Below, in pieces: positions 60,077-64,000 of a stretch of 64,000 nt of DNA; positions within the stretch are counted from its first letter, which is position 1, and each line of letters opens with the position of its first letter. The stretch spans positions 306,331 to 370,330 of the forward strand of contig JAQGDQ010000219.1 in the NCBI GenBank assembly GCA_030141605.1, in the 5' to 3' direction. A model generated the notes under the pieces. It was not told where the DNA came from. It saw only the letters and a list, made by a program, of their open reading frames with translations, and did not search any database. Position numbers and translations under genes: made by a program. The stretch comes from Tubiluchus corallicola (Eukaryota; Animalia; Priapulida).

Positions 60077-61524
60077 ACATGATAATTTAGCCACTTGGCC
60101 CACTCCTCCTCTCTTGATAGCTTTTAGTAACAGCTTTTGTTTATTCATTTAGAGAAATACTGTTTTAAGCAATAATACAAAGAATACAAGATTTTTCAAG
60201 AAAAATAAGAATTATTTTGTGAATGGCAGATTGTTCATTATCAAAATGCAATAAGATTTGTCCGCATGGCTGACTGCTCGTCCATCCATTGACTAAGTGT
60301 TGATTTTATATTGTCTGACTGACTGACTGTCTTACTCACTCACCCCTCAATCGTCATTCACTCACTAATTAGCTGTCTGTGGACTAACATCCTGAGAAAG
60401 GTTGACACACTTGCAAAAACCCGACACTTGGCGAATTTTATAACGTCAGAGATGTTTTTGTTAACTGTTGCCATTGTTGTTTGCGAAGTAAAATCACTTT
60501 GTTTTTTTACTGTCAGCCTGACAGGGCTCTCTTTGTTTGCAGGGTTTAAGCGTTACTTCTGTCGAATAACTTGCATCATTAAAATTCCCACCGACAAGTC
60601 TTAGGTTTATTTAGGTGGCACCTACTGTTCTTGCCTCTAAAGAATTATGAAATACTACTTGTCCTCCAAGAACGTAAGTCTTTCCTTATTATGATCATAG
60701 CATTAACTACGTGACGAGTATATATTATATTCCTTTGCTCGGGAGCTCCCTGACTTTGGCACTGACCTTCTTTATACCACTGTCATAGAACTTCGCGGGG
60801 AAACCAGTTGGCAGTTGTTGCGTGTGAAACCCGTGTTCTCGGCTGCTGCAACTCATAGCGGCATCATGATTCGTCGAGCAGGGTAGTGAGCTGCGCCAAC
60901 TCTTGATACTGTGCTGTCAAATTGAAGTGACGTGCATTTTGTGTTGGACGCGCATCGGCTACTTAAAGTGCTGTTTTTCTTTAATTGCATAATAATGATT
61001 ATGTGGCAAGTGTCCAAAATGCAAATTCATCTGTTGTAAACGAATAAGACTTAAATGTTTTTATGAAAATGATTTAATAGTAATTCACTCAAAAGTGTAA
61101 ACTCGCTACGAATTTTCAAAAGTATTGTTAACGGCTTGGTACAATGATCTTCAACATTTCAAGACGCAATTTCAAATTGGGTCCAGTCTGCAGCCCACTT
61201 TAAATATTATTGTGGTCACCATTACAATTTGAGAAAATGTATGCAGCATAAAGGCAGACGTTCATCAGATTTCTGGACTGACCGACTGCAGGTAAAATTT
61301 TTAACGTATTTTTTCGTGAATCGCTGATTACGCAGCTGATTGAAATGCGAAAGAGCGTTTAGTGATGAAACCATTATTAATTATACAAGATTAAGTGTAT
61401 ACATAAATATAATATAAGTTTGGTCTAGTTGCCCTGTTAGTTTAACAATTTCCGCAATAATAACCTAGATAACTGTATCAGTGCAGGCCTTCGGCGGAAA
61501 TGATATACGTTATACATTAACGTG

Positions 61525-64000
61525 TAGTCTGAACTCACTTAGAGCAATCTGAAATATCTGACACGTACATCAAATTCTATTCATCTATTTAGATATATAG
61601 ACAAAACTGCAGCATCTAACCAGACTCATTTAGAGCAGTCCCAAACATCTACAAACAACCCGAAACATCTAGTCAGAACTCACTTAGAACAATCTCTAAC
61701 ACTTAGACTGATGAAATCTATTGCAAATCTCAGATACCTAACCAGAAGACCTGTACAGGCAATGTTAGGCAATGAGATAAGCATCTGATAGAGAAATACA
61801 GCGATAGCCTCAATTAGCTTCTTAGAAGACATCAATGACCAAAATCTAGCATCTGGTAGGAAGACTCAACCGTTTGCTGAGATTTCATCTATACGCAACC
61901 TAAAACATCTACATAATGTCTGAGGCATTCATACCTGATCCCAATAATCTGTTAAAATCCACAGACGTTCTGAAACATCTAATCAGAACTCACAGCAATC
62001 TGAAATATCTGACACGTACATCAAATTCTATTCATCTATTTAGATATATAGACAAAACTGCAGCATCTAACCAGACTCATTTAGAGCAGTCCCAAACATC
62101 TACAAACAACCCGAAACATCTAGTCAGAACTCACTTAGAACAATCTCTAACACTTAGACTGATGAAATCTATTGCAAATCTCAGATACCTAACCAGAAGA
62201 CCTGTACAGACAATATTAGGCAATGACATAAGATCTGATAGAGAAATACAGCGATAGCCTCAATAAGATCCACAGACGTTCTGAAACATCTAGTCAGAAC
62301 GCACTTAAAGCAATCTGAAACATCTGACACGTAAACAAAGACAAACTGCAGCATCTAATCAGAACTCATTTAAGAGCAGGCATAAACATCCACAAATAAC
62401 CCGAAACATCTAGTCTGAACTCACTTAGAGCAATCTCTAAATATAGACTAATGAAATGTATTGCAAATCTCAGATACCTAACCAGAAGACTTGTACAGGC
62501 AATGTTAGGCAATGAGATAAGCATCTGATAGAGAAATACAGCGATAGCCTCAATTAGCTTCTTAGAAGACATCAATGACCAAACTCTAGCATCTGGTAGG
62601 AAGACTCAACCGTTTGCTGAGATTTCATCTATACGCAACCTGAAACATCTACATCATGTCTGAGGCATTCATACCTGATCCCAATAATCTGTTAAAATCC
62701 ACAGACGTTCTGAAACATCTAATCAGAACTCACTTAGAGCAATCTGAAATATCTGACACGTACATCCAATTCTATTCATCTATTTTAGACATATAGACAA
62801 AACTGCAGCATCTAACCAGAACTCATTTAGAGCAGTCCCAAACATCTACCAACAACCCGAAACATCTAGTTAGAACTCTCACTTAGAACAATCTCTAACA
62901 CATAGACTGATGAAATCTATTGCAAATCTCAGATACCTAACCAGAAGACCTGTACAGGCAATGTTAGGCAATGAGATAAGTATCTGATAGAGAAATACAG
63001 CGATAGCCTCAATTAGCTTCTTAGAAGACATAAATGACCAAACTCTAGCATCTGGTAGGAAAACGCAACCGTTTGGTGAGATGGCATCTATACGCAACCG
63101 AAAACATCTACATCATATCTGAAGGCACTTATACCTGATCCCAATAGTCTGTTAAGATCCTCAGACGTTCTGAAACATCTAATCAGAACTCACTTAGAGC
63201 AATCTGAAATATCTGACACGTAAACAAAGACAAACTGCAGCATCTAACCAGACTCATTTAGAGCAGTCCCAAATATCTACAAACAACCCGAAACATCTAG
63301 TCAGAACTCACTTAGAACAATCTCTAACACATAGACTGATGAAATCTATTGCAAATCTCAGATACCTAACCAGAAGACATGTTAGGCAAATGACATAAGA
63401 TCTGATAGAGAAATACAGCGATAGCCTCAATTAGCTTCTTAGAAGACATCAATGACCAAACTCTTGCATCTGGTAGGAAGACTCAACCGTTTGGTGAGAT
63501 GGCATCTATACGCAACCGAAAACATCTATATCATGTCTGAAGGCATTTATACCTGATCTCAATAATCAGTTAAGATCCACAGACATTCTGAAACATCTAA
63601 TCAGAGCTCACTTAGAGCAATCTGAAACATCTGACACGTACATCAAATTCTATTCATCTATTTAGCTATATTGACAAAACTGCAGCATCTAACCAGACTC
63701 ATTTAGAGCAGTCCCAAACATCTACCAACAACCCGAAACATCTAGTTAGAACTCTCACTTAGAACAATCTCTAACACATAGACTGATGAAATCTATTGCA
63801 AATCTCAGATACCTAACCAGAAGACCTGTACAGGCAATGTTAGGCAATGAGATAAGTATCTGATAGAGAAATACAGCGATAGCCTCAATTAGCTTCTTAG
63901 AAGACATCAATGACCAAACTCTAGCATCTGGTAGGAAAACGCAACCGTTTGGTGAGATGGCATCTATACGCAACCGAAAACATCTACATCATATCTGAAG
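61525..64000. repeat. Complex tandem satellite, monomer ~430-460 bp, continues past window end
   Basis: The marker ACCAGAAGAC recurs at 61741, 62192, 62481, 62940, 63369 and 63816 (spacings 451, 289, 459, 429, 447). An internal subrepeat GAAACATCTA(A/G)TCAGAACTCACTTAGA(G/A)CAATCT occurs twice per unit. Confidence 0.97.

Noticed and set aside
61525-64000. Satellite as a CRISPR array, a hammerhead retrozyme or a zinc-finger gene
   Set aside because: Sequences between the short repeats are themselves repeated (no unique spacers) and the context is eukaryotic. CTGATGA and GAAAC..GTC occur in most units, but the flanks cannot form stems I and II. The KHLVRTH-like ORFs lack Cys pairs and are broken by indels between units.

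Overview
AT-rich, intron-rich eukaryotic genomic DNA from an invertebrate animal. The repeat complement (Meta-SINE, Academ, Helentron-like and Penelope relics) fits a marine invertebrate, possibly a lophotrochozoan, but the taxon cannot be fixed from sequence alone. Four genes were assembled by hand from splice sites and reading phase. (1) The last exons of an animal heme peroxidase (655-1345, +). (2) A complete tandem paralog, a secreted peroxinectin/chorion-peroxidase-like protein (3494-18198, +; 12 exons plus a 63-nt phase-symmetric exon). (3) A 5-exon, 340-aa non-DRY 7TM receptor of the GPR157/cAMP-receptor-like type (27745-19196, -). (4) An SLC6 amino-acid (GlyT/PROT-like) Na+/Cl- transporter gene (about 31885-49178, +) with several disabling lesions: a 12-nt deletion in the TM1 GLGNVW signature, a truncated exon, a +1 frameshift and a TM8 E>K change. 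It is therefore probably a young pseudogene. The remainder is transposon debris: an intact hAT MITE with 8-bp TSD, foldback MITEs, THAP, Academ, LINE, Penelope and SINE relics. There are also microsatellites, a ~280-bp palindrome centred on (TA)n, and a complex ~430-460-bp satellite running off the right edge. I found no CRISPR array, RNA gene or clearly new system. The best leads are the lesioned SLC6, the paralog-specific small exons of the peroxidases, the orphan GPCR, the palindrome and the satellite. All family assignments rest on recalled motifs, not database searches.
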